Below are positions 1 to 13,000 of a DNA stretch of 64,000 nt, piece after piece. This stretch comes from Azolla caroliniana. Lineage: Eukaryota; Plantae; Polypodiophyta. The notes under the pieces were generated by a model. It was given only the letters and a program-made list of their open reading frames with translations. It was not told the origin of the DNA and made no database searches. How positions within the stretch are numbered: the first letter of the stretch is position 1; each line of letters begins with the position of its first letter. Both the position numbers and the translations under genes were made by a program. The stretch covers positions 15,872,001 to 15,936,000 of the forward strand of contig JBHGNT010000002.1 in the NCBI GenBank assembly GCA_043228905.1. Reading direction: 5' to 3'.

Positions 1-2543
1 TTCGGCAATCCCGTTTTGCTCCGGACTGTGTGGTGCCGTAAATTCTCGTCGGATGCCGCGTTGTCGGCAGAATTTGACGAATTCTTCAGATTTAAACTCT
101 CCCCCATTGTCTGTCCGAAGGCATTTCAGCTTTCGGTCGGTTTGATTTTCTACCATAGCGAGCCAATCGGTGAAGATCGAGAAGACCCGATCTTTGGTGC
201 GAATTGGATAAGCCCACACCTTTCGAGTCGAATCGTCGATAAAAGTGACGAAGTAAGAGGCACCACCGAGAGACTGATGCGGCATTGGGCCACAGACGTC
301 CGAGTGGACCAAATCGAGAGGTCTCGATTCTCTTGGTGCTGATGTCGGGTGTGATGTGGCTGCTTGTTTGCCATACTGGCAATGCTCGCAGAATTGATGG
401 TCGGCGAAGGAGAGTTTGGGGATGTATCCGGCTCTAGATAGGTGCGTGATGCCGGCCTTGCTGAGGTGTCCTAATCTTCGGTGCCATAGTGATGACACAG
501 GAATATCCACCAAAAACAGGTTACCCTCTCTGAGCGTAACATGTAACGGATACAGGGAGTGTATCTTGGGTCCTCTAGCAAGCAGGAGGTTCCCCCTGTG
601 GAGTGTCCACCCTCCCGAAGAAAAACCGGCACGAATGCCGTCTTCATCTAGTTGTCCGACTGAGATCAATGGCCGTGAGAGCTCGGGTACATGTCGGACA
701 TTGTGGAGTACAAGTGTAGAGCCACCTGCAAGGTTGAGCTCTACTGTGCCGATTCCGATGATGTCACAGTGTTGCGAGTTACCGACCCGAACTGAGTCGG
801 AGTGACGGATCGTGTATTGCCGAAATTGGGATCGATGAGGAGTCACGTGAAACGACGCGCCCGAATCCAAGAGCCATGTGCTCGATTCTTCAGTCGTGAG
901 CAGAACTTCTGAGCCAACTGGATTTTCGATTGATAGTATGTTCGGGTCGTCTGGTAGCACATCAGCTGAGAAGCTGACGTAATTGATCTCCTCATGCCGG
1001 CCACTCTTCTTGTTGTTCTTGTTCTTGAGTGCGCGGCAGTCGGCTTTGATGTGTCCGGGTTTCTTGCAGTAGTTGCAGATTCGGTTATCCCGTGACTGGC
1101 TCCGTCTTCGCTGATTGTTCGGCGGCCGTGAGGAATCTCTTCCTCGTATGTTCGATCGGTCTGTCGAACCTTGTACTACGTAAGCGTCGTCTGTTGAGTC
1201 TTTGGCGAAAGACTTTCTCCGAGCTGCTTCGGTCAGGATTGCGCTCGTGACTTCGGAGTATTTAACAGCCGTGGTTGACGCGTTGCACACGGTTGTGACG
1301 AAAGTTTCCCATGATGAGGGAAGGCTGCTCATGAGTATCATTGCTCTGAGTTCATCCTCGATTGCCGTCCCCTGTGACGAGATTTGGGAGCTTATGCTTT
1401 CGTACTCATTGAGGTGTGCTTGAACCGAGTCGGATTCTTTCATCCGCAAGTTGTAGAGGCGCCGGATCAGAAACATCTTTGTTGCGGCGACCTTCTTTTC
1501 GTAAGTGTCCGACAGTGTTTTCCACAGTTCAAATGCTGTCGTACACGATTGCACCGTAAAGTATACCGATTCCGATAGGTGCATCCGAATCGTGGCGCGG
1601 ACGATTCTGTCCAGCTTCTGCCACTCAATTGGTTTGTATCCTTCTGGAGGTTCTTCATTTTCGATGGGATCGATTTGCCCCTTGACTATGAGATAGTCTT
1701 GCATTTGTTCCTTCCAGAAGTTGAAGTTCGATCCATCGAACTTTCGTAGACTCATTTCTGACGAGCCGGATGTTGATGCCATCAACTTTGGTTTCGGTTG
1801 GCGAGGCTCGGTTCGAAGTTGACTACGAACCTTGAAGGAGTGCAGCCGGTTGGCTCACCCGATATCGTTCTAGTCGGATTTGAACCCGAGTCGGTTCGGC
1901 TTCGGAACTTGCTCGAATTGACTTCGGTAGCTTGAGGGACAGAGCCGACTGGTCTTCCCGAATGTTGCCGAGTCGGAGTGAGCCCGGTTCGCTTCGGATA
2001 TATATGCCGAATACCGATTATTAAAACCGATTATCTGGACCGATTCTGCTTCGGGTGACTGCAGCAACGAGAGAGATGGATCTAACTGATCCTCTCGAAT
2101 GTCGATCAGCCTGATGAAGCACGAATTTGGGGTTGTTGTCTTGAGACCGATCTGCACCGAGTGGTTACAGCGAGCGGCGTTTGATGACCTCTTCGGATGC
2201 CGTTTAACCGAATGGAGCACGAATCGTGTCAATGTTGCACGAGGGGATTTCACCTCGAGCGGTTACAATCACAAGGAACGGAGTACAGCCTGCTGGCTTA
2301 CTCCAAACAAAGATGATCTAACGCGATGAGATGCAAACCTGGTTTTTTTTTTTTTTTCTTCTTCCTCTCTCTTCTTCGAATGACGCAGGAAACCGAATGC
2401 TGAGACGACGGCCGACAGCGGATTGAGGGACCGACTACTGTGCAGGCTCTGATACCAGATGTTGGAAGCGAGGTCGTCAATGCGGAAGATCTTGAAGCAT
2501 TCAGTTCTGTTCTTCTCCTGCGTATGACAGAATGTAGGTCGTT

Positions 2544-2585
<42 letters not shown>

Positions 2586-2753
2586 AAAAGAGTTTCTTAT
2601 TTCATAAAGCAACAATACAACAACCAACCTTACAAAAAGGTTACAAGGTCAATATATATAGTGACCGACTTAGGGCAACTACCCTTTATGCTAATTACAT
2701 AAATGGCCCAAAGGGATAGTGTGAATACGTCCATTATACACATGTATTCGACA
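1..2753 (-). mobile_element. Ty1/copia element, family A: 5' LTR, leader, gag-protease-integrase; runs off the window start
   Basis: LTR 2460-2753 (TG...CA); tRNA-iMet PBS TGGTATCAGAGC at 2446-2457 (-); gag ATG at 1782; CNYCKKPGH zinc knuckle, WLLDSGAS protease and integrase core on - strand; similar to 15731-21237. Confidence 0.92.
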
Positions 2754-2885
2754 GCAACCCTCTACATGCACTAAATGCCATTATGACCTAGGTTTATTTA
2801 TTTTCATTTTTACAAGTATTCGTGAAATGTGTGTGGATCCTCAATTTTTGACTTTTTCTCGTACTAGACATGCCACATCATGACA

Positions 2886-5636
2886 GCGTGAACCGTCTCC
2901 TCGGTTCCTTGCGCGGGGAGTGCACGGCAAAGTCTCCACTAATCGTCGGTTCCTCATCGGACTGGTCAGATTAACTCAGTCTCTCGTTCGGCCCCGTCAA
3001 CCGAAACGAATCTGGACTCTCATCCTGAGTCCCCGCTTCATCATCATCTACCTGGGCCGGTTCAGGCTCACTAGCCTCATCCTCGGCATCGGGTTGGATT
3101 CGGAAGTCGGAGTCGGTAAGGAGTACCACGATGCTGATTCATCGAACTCGACATCTCAACTAACTCGGACCTGCGCTGTCCGGGGGTTATAACACTTATA
3201 ACCCTTTTTCTCTTGAGTATAGTCGACTAAGATGCATTTTTTCGATTTTGCATTTAGCTTCCTCCGCTTCTCATCCGATACATGCACATATGCAATGCTA
3301 TCGAAGATCTTAAGGTGTCTCAAATTCGGCTTGCGCTTGAAATACAGCTCGTGAGCTGACACCTTGTCACCGATCTGGTTCTGGATGTAGACAGCCATTC
3401 GAACTGCCTCCACCTAGTAGAATTTAGGCATGCTCTTCTCCTCCAACATTGCCGTTGCCACATCAATAAGCGACCAGTTCTTCCTTTCGGCAACACCGTT
3501 CTGTTGCGGTGTGTATCTGCAGCTGAACTCTTGCCAAATTCCCTTTTGCTGCAGATAACTATTGAATTGGCTGGAAAAGTATTCTTTCCCGCCATCCGAC
3601 CGTAGGCATTTGATCTTCCTCTCCGATTCCCGTTCCACCATGCTTTGGAGACTCCGAAAACATTCGAAGACTTCACTCTTCCGCTCAATGAGGTAGATCC
3701 ATGTGTGTCGCGTATAGTCGTCAATGAAGGAGACGTAATATCGACTCCTGCCAAGACTAACGTTCTGTGCCGATCCCCACACATCTGAATGGATAAGGTC
3801 GAGCTTGTTATAGCTCCGGTTACGTTCGATAGGGAATGGAAGCCGGTGTTGTTTCCCGAGTTGGCAGGCTTCACATACTTGGGCCTTCCGGCCGCTGAAC
3901 TTCGGCAAACTGAAAACAACTTGTTTCGTTTGCAGGTCTTGAAGTCTCCGGTAATTAACGTGGCCTATCCGCTTGTGCCACATGTCGATGTCTGATTCGA
4001 CCTTCTGTCCTTTTGCAAACAGAGCGGTGCCGACATCATTAGTGTCGAGGATAAACATCATCCCATCTCTGCGCCCTTGCGCCCCTTGGTCGACGATCTG
4101 TCCGACCAACACCAGGTTCTTCGTGATTGTCGGAACGTGTAATACGTTCATCAGCTTCCCCTTCTGTCTGACGTGGCTCAAAGGGACTTCTCCGACATGC
4201 ACGATTGGGTGAGGAGTGTCATCTCCGGTTTCGACTAGTCCTGGTTGATCCGGTTTCTCCAAAAACGAGAACCACTCTTTGTGGCTCGTCATGTGGTTCG
4301 ACGCACCAGAATCAACATACCACACTTCCTCCGATTTGGAAGTGGTCTTCTTCATCGAGTTCGCCTCGTGCTTCATCACCAAGGCTGGCCCGTTACCGTT
4401 CTTGGATCCTCCCGATCCCTTCGCGTAGTGCGAGCTTTGTCGGCCATCCTTGTCGGCCTTGTCAGATCCGGATTTGTCCGAATCGGTGCGTTTTCTCTAG
4501 CACTCGCTTTCTCTGTGGCCCTTTTTGCCACAGTACCAGCATTCCGTTGTAGTCTTCTCTTGCCATCTTCCGGTGCCGCCATGACTCCCCCTACTCCCGG
4601 AGGGTCCGGAACTGTTGTCGGCACGTTCTTTGTGCCTTTGTTCCTGGTCTTGCCGGCCGCCTGCATTGCATGCCGAGCCGCCTCAGCCACCACGCCCACG
4701 GAACCGATCCGCTTCCGTGTACAACATCCGGTTGTCAATGGGTGCGCTAGTTGACGCACCGGCGTGGTTCTCCTCTACAAGGACCATCGACTGTAAGTCG
4801 AAAAATGACGGCGTATTCTCCCTTGTACATACCATCGTTCAGAACACTCTGAACTTAGATGCGAGGCCCCGAAGACAAATCTGTACCATCTCGTCCTCCT
4901 TTACGATAACGTTGATAGAGGCAAGCGAGTCACAGATCTCTTTGATCCGGGCCGTGTAATCCGCCACCGACATGTCCTTCTGTCGGACATTGCTCAACTC
5001 CTATCGGAGTTCCAGCTTCCGGGCTATAGTGCTCGCGGTGAAAACCTTCTTCAGGTTTCCCCAAGCCTCCTTCGTCGTCTTGGCGTCTCGGATGTGGCTT
5101 AGCAGCTGGTCTCCGACACTGGACACGAAGCAGTGCATCACTCTGCTTGCCGATGGTTCTCACACTGGGAAATCCTTATGTGCCACATAAGGTGCTGTTT
5201 CGTTGGCTCCTTCGACGAAACTCCAGTAACCATGCCCAAGCAGGTAGTGATGCATCTTGTACGCCCAAGATGCGTAGTTGGATCTGTCGAGTTTCTCCAC
5301 AGGGAGTGAGCTAGCCATTCCTCTATCCATCACTTCTCTGTCTACTGTTCTTATGACCTGTTAGGGTTTTCTTTCAAGCGTTTGTCAGTTGCAGAGGTTC
5401 TCAACCCTCACACTCTAATACCATGAAAATGATTATTTGCGGAAGCGTTAGAAAACAGAGAAAGCAGAGAATACACAGAGTACACGGGAGAGACAGAGAG
5501 AGCAGAACATTAAAAGCTATATTCAAAACAATATAAACACTCTACACTTACAACTATGCTCAGTAGCACTATTTATACAAGTCCTCGTGGGACTGACAAA
5601 AGTACCGCGTACTTCAGTTGAGCTTGCCGCTCAACA
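2886..5636 (-). mobile_element. Ty1/copia element, family B, 3'-truncated (gag-PR-INT only), LTR internally deleted
   Basis: LTR 5424-5636; PBS 5412-5423; gag ATG 5330; ORF 3414-4382 has WYVDSGAS, WHKRIGH and HSDVWG; homologous to 55422-61094; ends in the INT-RT linker. Confidence 0.9.
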
Positions 5637-6252
5637 ATTACTCAAGATAGAGATCCGAGAAAGATATCTTAGCTATGTTTGCCCCCATGGTTTTTAAAAC
5701 ACCATAGCGTTACCATAGTTATCGGATCTCAAATCACATCTCATATGTCTAGAGGGGTAAAGACGTGAGATGCTTTCTTGGTAACGTTCTTCCAATCAAA
5801 ATTTCAAGCATTCATTTTGCTTGTGTATTTTCTAAACCTCCTTATTTATATTGCATAACCACAGGTTGCATCATGGAACAAGTTTTGAACGTTGTTCGAG
5901 CAATCTCTCGGTCCGAGACCTCTCAACTCCAATCCGTATCTCGCACACAAGCTGAGATCACTATTGAGCAATTGCTCACTACTACCTTGAAACAATTGGC
6001 CGAAATGAGGTAGGCTAGTATGGCATTGGAAACGAAATTCCAAGAATTGACTATTGAGTCCAAGAAAGAAGGTGAGCCTTCTTTCGTAGTAACACCATTC
6101 AAGGGAGATAAGAAAGAAAGAACCAAGGACGCCATTAGCACTTAGCTTGGTCGTTGGGAGTCTCACTTTGAGCTCCACCCCAAGCTCGATGCTGTAAAAA
6201 TTGGTTATGTTGGTCGTGCGTTAGGTGGCCAAGTTGTTGCTTGGTGGCACAG

Positions 6253-7090
6253 TGTCGTGAAGATCCGTCACTACTCGCAGATCGTGAGGCGGAACCGCCG
6301 GGGTTCTGGACCGGAAGGACTTGAAGTTGGCGCAAGCTTTGGCGAGAAAGTACTTAAGCTAGATTGAAAGAGAGAGAGAGCTTGAGATAGAATAGAATGC
6401 TTGACTTTAGATTGAGAGAGATTAAGATTGAACTCTTGATTTTAGATTTTAAGAAACAAGTTACACGATCAATTCGATAATAAATTCTCTTCTTCTTAAT
6501 TTCATCACAAAAAAAAAGCCTAACCCTTCTTCTTTTTCATCCCTTCTTTTATAGATGCTCTCATGCATATGATGCATGTGAGGGTACAAGACATGCATAA
6601 AATGCATGTTCGCCATTTGGCGCTCATGTATTACATGTGGTGCATGATAACCATGTCACTCATTTTAGCTCTCATGTATGAGAATTTACATGTAAAAGTA
6701 CAATGACAGAAATATAAATTCAACTAAATGTCATGGCTTAGTGGTAAGCCTACTAACTCTTAACTAGGAGGTGCAAGGTTCGAATCTTCACTTGCCCTCC
6801 TTATTTATTTATTAATTTGGTCGCTGGATGTCGGATGCCGGTCGCCGTCGTTTGCCGGATGATGCTGGTTCACCGTCGCCGGCCCGTCGAATGTTGATAC
6901 CGCCGGATCATCGGCTCCGTCGGATGTCGATACCGCTGGATCACCGATCGCCGGTTACCGTCTAGTTCCGTTTTGGTTGGCCAAAACCTTTACGAGTGGC
7001 TAGGCCACCTCCACTCTTAGTTCAAGTTACCTTGAACTCTCTATGCTCCACACATAAACACAAAGATAATAGGTTTTGCTCTACCTTATA
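6253..7090 (-). mobile_element. Solo-LTR-like insertion in the gypsy gag
   Basis: gag frame breaks at TGTCGTG (6253); non-coding; TATA-like motif on - strand near 6550; right end (7054 or 7090) uncertain; no matching TSD. Confidence 0.55.
6729..6797 (+). other. Degenerate tRNA-like sequence (Lys-CTT-like) with Pol III A and B boxes, inside an LTR
   Basis: A box TGGCTTAGTGG 6734-6744; anticodon-loop-like ACTCTTAA 6756-6763; B box GGTTCGAATC 6777-6786; acceptor stem does not pair. Confidence 0.5.
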
Positions 7091-10000
7091 TATGATGAGA
7101 GCCGTATTTGTCGTCGTCTTGAGAGGAAGTCAATGAACAAATATACGAGTCACACAGGTGAGTCTTTTGATGTTGTTGAAGTCCATACCAACCACTTAAG
7201 TTCGTGTGAATGCACTTTTCCTTCACATTTACTTGGACCTAATGATTTTACTCCGAGCAGTCAGGTATATCAATGGAACACAAGCACATTTCTTGTTTGA
7301 TTCCGGTAGTTCTCACAATTTTCTTAATGATCACTTTGTGCAGCAAATGGAACTCCACATAAACGCAAGTGATCATATCTATCAAGTTCACATGGCAAAA
7401 TGGAAGCCTTCAATACATTAGTGGCATTGTTTGTCAACTACCAGTTCAAATAGATACCTATTTGGAGAAGCTTGATTTTCATGCTATGAAACTACAATCC
7501 GCAGATGTCATTTTAGGATACCCTTGGTTTTTTAATAAAAACCCTTCTTTATCCATTGATTAGGTTAATCACTCAATCACATTTGAACTTAATAATTGTA
7601 AACATTTTATTCAATGTTCCAAACTTCCTTCTCGTTCACTTGTGTCTTCTAAATCTTTAAGTGAGTATTCTAGTTCATTAATTTATTCGTGTGTAATTGA
7701 TCCTGCGCTTCAATTTTATTATTTTAATATTGACGCCACACCATTACCACATTATGAACAACGATTACTCAACTCTATTTTAGATGATTTTCAAGACGTG
7801 TTTCCTAACGAATTGCCACCAAAACGTAATGTGGACCATCAAATTGAACTTATCCCCAGTGCTGCTCTTGTGAGCATTCCACCTTACCAACTTAGTCGAT
7901 TAGAAGAGGATAAAATCGCTAAATAACTTAAGGAATACTTGAGTCTAGGCCACATTAGGTATAATAAATCACCTTGGGGTGTGCCAGTTCTATTAGTAAA
8001 GAAGAAGGAAGGTTCATGGCAGATGTGTATCAATTATCACCGTTTGAATAAAATGACAATTAAAAATGCATATCCATTACCTCGTGCCGATGATTTGATT
8101 CATCTTTTGCATGGGGATTGATATTTTACGAAAATTGACTTACGAACAGGTTATCATCAGATTCGCATTGTCGACGAGGATATTCCTAAAACCGCTTTTC
8201 GTACACGCTATGGCCATTATGAGTTTTTATTCACGCCTTTCGGGTTTACTAATGCTCCAGCCACATTCCAACAAGCGATGAATGACGTTTTACAAGATCA
8301 ACTCGGTGATTTTGTTGTCATCTTCTTCGATGATATTTTGATATATAGCCATACCTTGCAAGATCATGTTCAACATGTTCGATTTGTTTTACAAAAGTTG
8401 TGTGACAACTCTTTCTATGCAAAACATTCACATGTGATTTTTTCCAAAAATTTATTGTGTACCTAGGTCATTTAATTACGGAAAATGGTGTTGAAATTGA
8501 ACATTCTCATATTGAAAAGGTTAAACTTTGGCCCATTCCTCATAATATTCGTGAATTGTGATCATTCTTAGGGTTTGTTGGATTTTTACGAAAATCAATT
8601 CGTAACTATTCCAAATTGACTATGCCATTAACTAACCTTTTAAAAGGTCATCCACGTAAGTCTGTCAAACCAATTGCATGGAATGAATAACTTGACAAAT
8701 CATTTGAGACACTCAAAGAGCATGTGTGTCAGGCTCCTACTCTTCTATTACCGGACCCTTCTAAGCTAATCGAAACCAAGGCTAATGATTATGTTGTTGG
8801 TGTCGTTCCTTATCAAGGCGTTCACCCTATTGCTTTTGTAAGTAAGAAGCTTGATGTTGCTCAATCTCGGTATTCGGTTCAAGAGAAAGAGTTGTTTGCG
8901 GTAATACATGCACTTAAAACATGGAGGCACTATCTCTATGGAAATAAATTTGTGGTTACAGTTGACCATCAATCGTTAAAGTATTTTTGTGACCAGCCAA
9001 ATCTTGTTGGTCGTAAAGGCCGTTGGGATGACCTTATGCAAGATTTTGATTTTTCCATACGGTATCGCGAGGGTTCTATGAACACTGTTGTGGATGCTCT
9101 TAGTCACATTAAAGAAGTTAACATGCTTAGCTTCACAGAAATAAATTCTGATCTTTTAGATCACCTTTGAGGGAAATACCTTGATGACAATTATTTTTCG
9201 AAATACTGGACGAAAGCTGAATCTGGTTTAGATGTCGATACTAGCACCCTACCCTCGAAGGTGACCTTTCACATTACAAACGGTTTGCTCTACCCCAGTG
9301 GAAAGGTCTGTGTTCCAAATTTACCAAGCGTAAAACAGAAAATTCTTCATGAATGTCATGATGCACCATCTGTTGGTCATCCTACAATACAACGCACACT
9401 CATTCTCATCTCGAGTACTTTTTTCTGGCCTAAGATGCGCTCTGGCATGCATAAATACGTAGCTCAATGCTTACAATGTCATATTAATAAGTCAGAACGA
9501 CTTAAAGCTGTGGGTCTTTTACATCCCTGAGATATTCCCAACAACAAATGGGAAAGTATCTTGATGGATTTTATTGTTAGTTTACCTCGTACACAGAGGG
9601 GTCATAATGCCATTTGGGTTGTCGTTGACAGACTAACAAAATTGGCGAGATTTATTCCTACCAAAACCACGGTAACCGCTCAACAATTGGCTTATCAATT
9701 TATTGATGAGTTATTTTGCTTTTATGGATTACCGATGGATATTGTTGGAGATCGAGATTCCAAGTTTACTAGTGACTTTTGGACTCAGGTCTTTAAGAAA
9801 CTAGAAACTACGTTGAGCATGAGTTCCGCAAATCATCCTAAGCCTAATGGACAAACTAAACGAGTTAATCAAATTATTGAGGACATGCTTCGAGCTTATG
9901 TAGCAAAAACCCCTTCTAAGAGGGAGCAATACCTTCCTATCTTAGAATTTGCCTATAATAGCTCTAAACATACATCCAGTGGATATAGTCCTTTTATGTT

Positions 10001-13000
10001 GATGTATGGTTTTCAGCCACGTGCCCCAGTTGATGTCACGATTCATCAAGATACATTAGACAGTACACGCAATTTTTTGCAAGACATGAACCAAATGTTG
10101 CATATTGCCAAAGAGAATGTCAAGACGGCTCAAGATCGTGCTCGATTTTATACTGATTAGGATAGACATCCTCCTGCATTTACTATTGGTCAAAAAGTTT
10201 TTCTGCGTGTCCCTACTGACTCTACGTCATTGTCTACGGGCACGTGCACTAAGTTAGCCCCACGATATTGTGGCCCATTTGAGATCCTTAAGCGGATTGG
10301 GTCATCTGCTTATCACCTTGCCCTACCCCGTAACGTTGGTATTCATCTTGTTTTTCATGCCAGTCGTCTAAAACCATTTTTAGGCTCTGGTGATAACACC
10401 ATGACAATCCAAGATCTTGTAACATTAGAGGATTTTTCGTAAAAACCTCATGTTCCTGAACAAATTCTTGATTCACATACTAAATGTTTACATTCTAAAG
10501 AGATTAGGCTATTCAAGATCAAATGGATGGATAAAGCTATTGATGATGCCACATGGGAACGCGAGCATACTCTTAAGGCACAATTTCCTCACTTTATATT
10601 GCAAGAGTGCAATCTTTTGAAGTAGGGGAGTATGTTATGTACACATAACGTTGGTGAGGGTAGGTCACTAATGTTTACATTAGTGAAGGGACTAATGATT
10701 GGATAGAAGGAATGATAGGTGCATGCACTATCATGATTTGGACAACCAATGAATGGAAAGCCTTTTAGAAAGGCACATCTATTCAAGGGGCCTAGGAAAA
10801 GGTATAAATATGAGGCTTAGCTACCCTCATAAGGACATCACGTCGGAAGACAGCTGTCTTAGACACCGGTGGTGCGGGCTAGGCTTTCTTCTCGATGATC
10901 GTTTTTATCTCTTCCAAGGTATTAGTCTAGATCATAGGTCAGTGGTAGGTTGGCTATGTCTAGATCATAGGTCGGGGGTGGTCGGGTTTTTCTATCCAAT
11001 CTATTTTCCTTCCTTTACTTTACTTTGGTCTATTGATTAGTAATAGACTCTTAACAAGTTGTATATGTGTCATGACAATTTTGGACTACTCGAAGGCGAC
11101 AAAAACTATTAGGAACATACAAGAGCTTCTTAAAGAATAATAATCCATCATGACATTCGAATTGTCGATAATCCGTACCTGGTGTTGCGACTGTGAACAA
11201 GACGCCCGAGAGGGATCAATTTGTGCTAGAATGGCTTGAGCGAAAGCATCTGTCTTCAAGTCCTCACGTAGGGTATCGATATTGTGGGAATCCAATGGCA
11301 TATCGAAAACCTGCGTTGCTTGCAGTCGTGCCGGTTCCAAGATTACTTGCTTTTGGTTATCGAATGTTGGCTCACTACAACGCAGTGCTAGATACGAGCA
11401 CCGATAACGCATCTGCCTTCCCTTGCTACTTCCCGAGACAATATGTAATTTTGATGTCGAAACAAGTGAGGAATTGGGCCCACCGAACTTGGCGTCGATT
11501 TAATACACAAGCATTCTGGAAGTAGTCAAGATTTTTGTGATCACTAAATACGGTGACTTGATGAGAAGATCCCTTTAGGAAATGCCTCCATTGCGTAAAA
11601 GAGTCCACTATTGCTAATAGCTTTTTATAGTGAATTGCATAGTTGATTTCGGCGCGTTAAACTTGCATGAGTGGAAAACCACATGACGTAGCTTTTCATC
11701 ATCGCCTTGTTGTGAAAGAATGCTACCCAAGGCGAAATCCAACGCGTCTGCCTCAATGATGAATGGTTTTGCCAGATCAACATGAGCTAGAATAGGAGCT
11801 GATGTAAATGCCTTCTTAAGAATCTCAAAAGCCATGTCCACTTCTTTAGACCAAACAAACGACTGCCCCTTGTTGGTAAGGTGTGTGAGAGGCAAAATAA
11901 GCTTTGAGTAATCTTGTATAAACTTGTGGTAGAAATCAGCAAAGCCTAAAAAGCATTGCACATCTCGCAATGAACGTGGAGTCTGCAACTCTACCACAGT
12001 TTTGACCTTAGCTGGATCCATAGAGATGTCTTCCGAGGAGATGACATAGCCCAGAAATTCCACCTGGTTGCACTCGAAGCTACATTTTTCTAGTTCTGCA
12101 TAAAGACCATGTTCTTGAAGCCGTTTTAGTACTAACAGTACATGAGAATCATGCTCATCTTGGTTCTTCGAATAAACCATTAGATCATCCAAATGGATAA
12201 TGAAACAAACATCCAAGAGATCTCGGAATATATACTATTTGCCATGTGTTGGAAGACTGTTGGTGCATTAGTGAGACCGAATGGCATGACCATATACTCG
12301 GAGTGCCCATATCTGGTGCGGAACGCGGTCTTCCATTCATCTCCTGATCAAATCCATACGAGGTTATATGTTCCTCATAAGTCGATCTTTGTGACGAACC
12401 TTGCACCATTGATCTGTTCTAAAAGACTTGAGATAAGGGGAAGTGCATACCTATTCCTAATGGTGACCTTATTCAAGCCGTGATAGTCTACGACGAGACG
12501 AAGTGATCCATCTTTTTTCTTGACGAAGAAAATGGGTGCGCCGACTAGAGATTTCGAATGTCGAATGAACCGTTTGCCAAATTCTCCTCTTTATAGGCTC
12601 GAAGGACTTCTAGCTCGGTTGATGACAAATTGTAGATCGGTCCCCATGGTGGCTCTTTTCCCAGTTGTGAATCAATGGGGCAATCATACAGTCGATGGTC
12701 AGGAAGCGTATTGGATTGTACCTTATCGAACACATTGGTATACTAACGATAGTTCTCTAGAAGTTGAACTGTGGATTCCTCTTTAGTAGTGTTGGAAGGT
12801 TTTACTGATACAACTAAGACAAACATTGCTTCCTTGCGTCCTTCCTCACGCAATTGATGTAGGGAAATGGTTGCAATCTTATAGGTAGATCCTCGCATTT
12901 GTCGATACCAAATTTCTCTTGTTCTCCAAACTATGTTTGGGTTATGTAATTCGAACCATGGTAACCCCAAGACAATTGGATGATCTAGACTACTAATTAT

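Larger units (their letters stand above)
5637..11056 (+). mobile_element. Degenerate Ty3/gypsy chromovirus (gag, PR, RT, RNase H, INT, chromodomain, 3' LTR); 5' LTR missing
   Basis: gag from ATG 5874; LFDSGSSHNF protease; [10 protein letters not shown]; RNase H 8724-9170; integrase 9561-10160; GPF motif; chromodomain-like ...KIKWMD...ATWE at ~10445-10600; PPT 10621-10632; LTR 10633-11056; many stops and frameshifts. Confidence 0.9.

Noticed and set aside
6729-6797. Functional tRNA-Lys gene
   Set aside because: Acceptor and D stems do not pair; only the boxes and loops are recognisable
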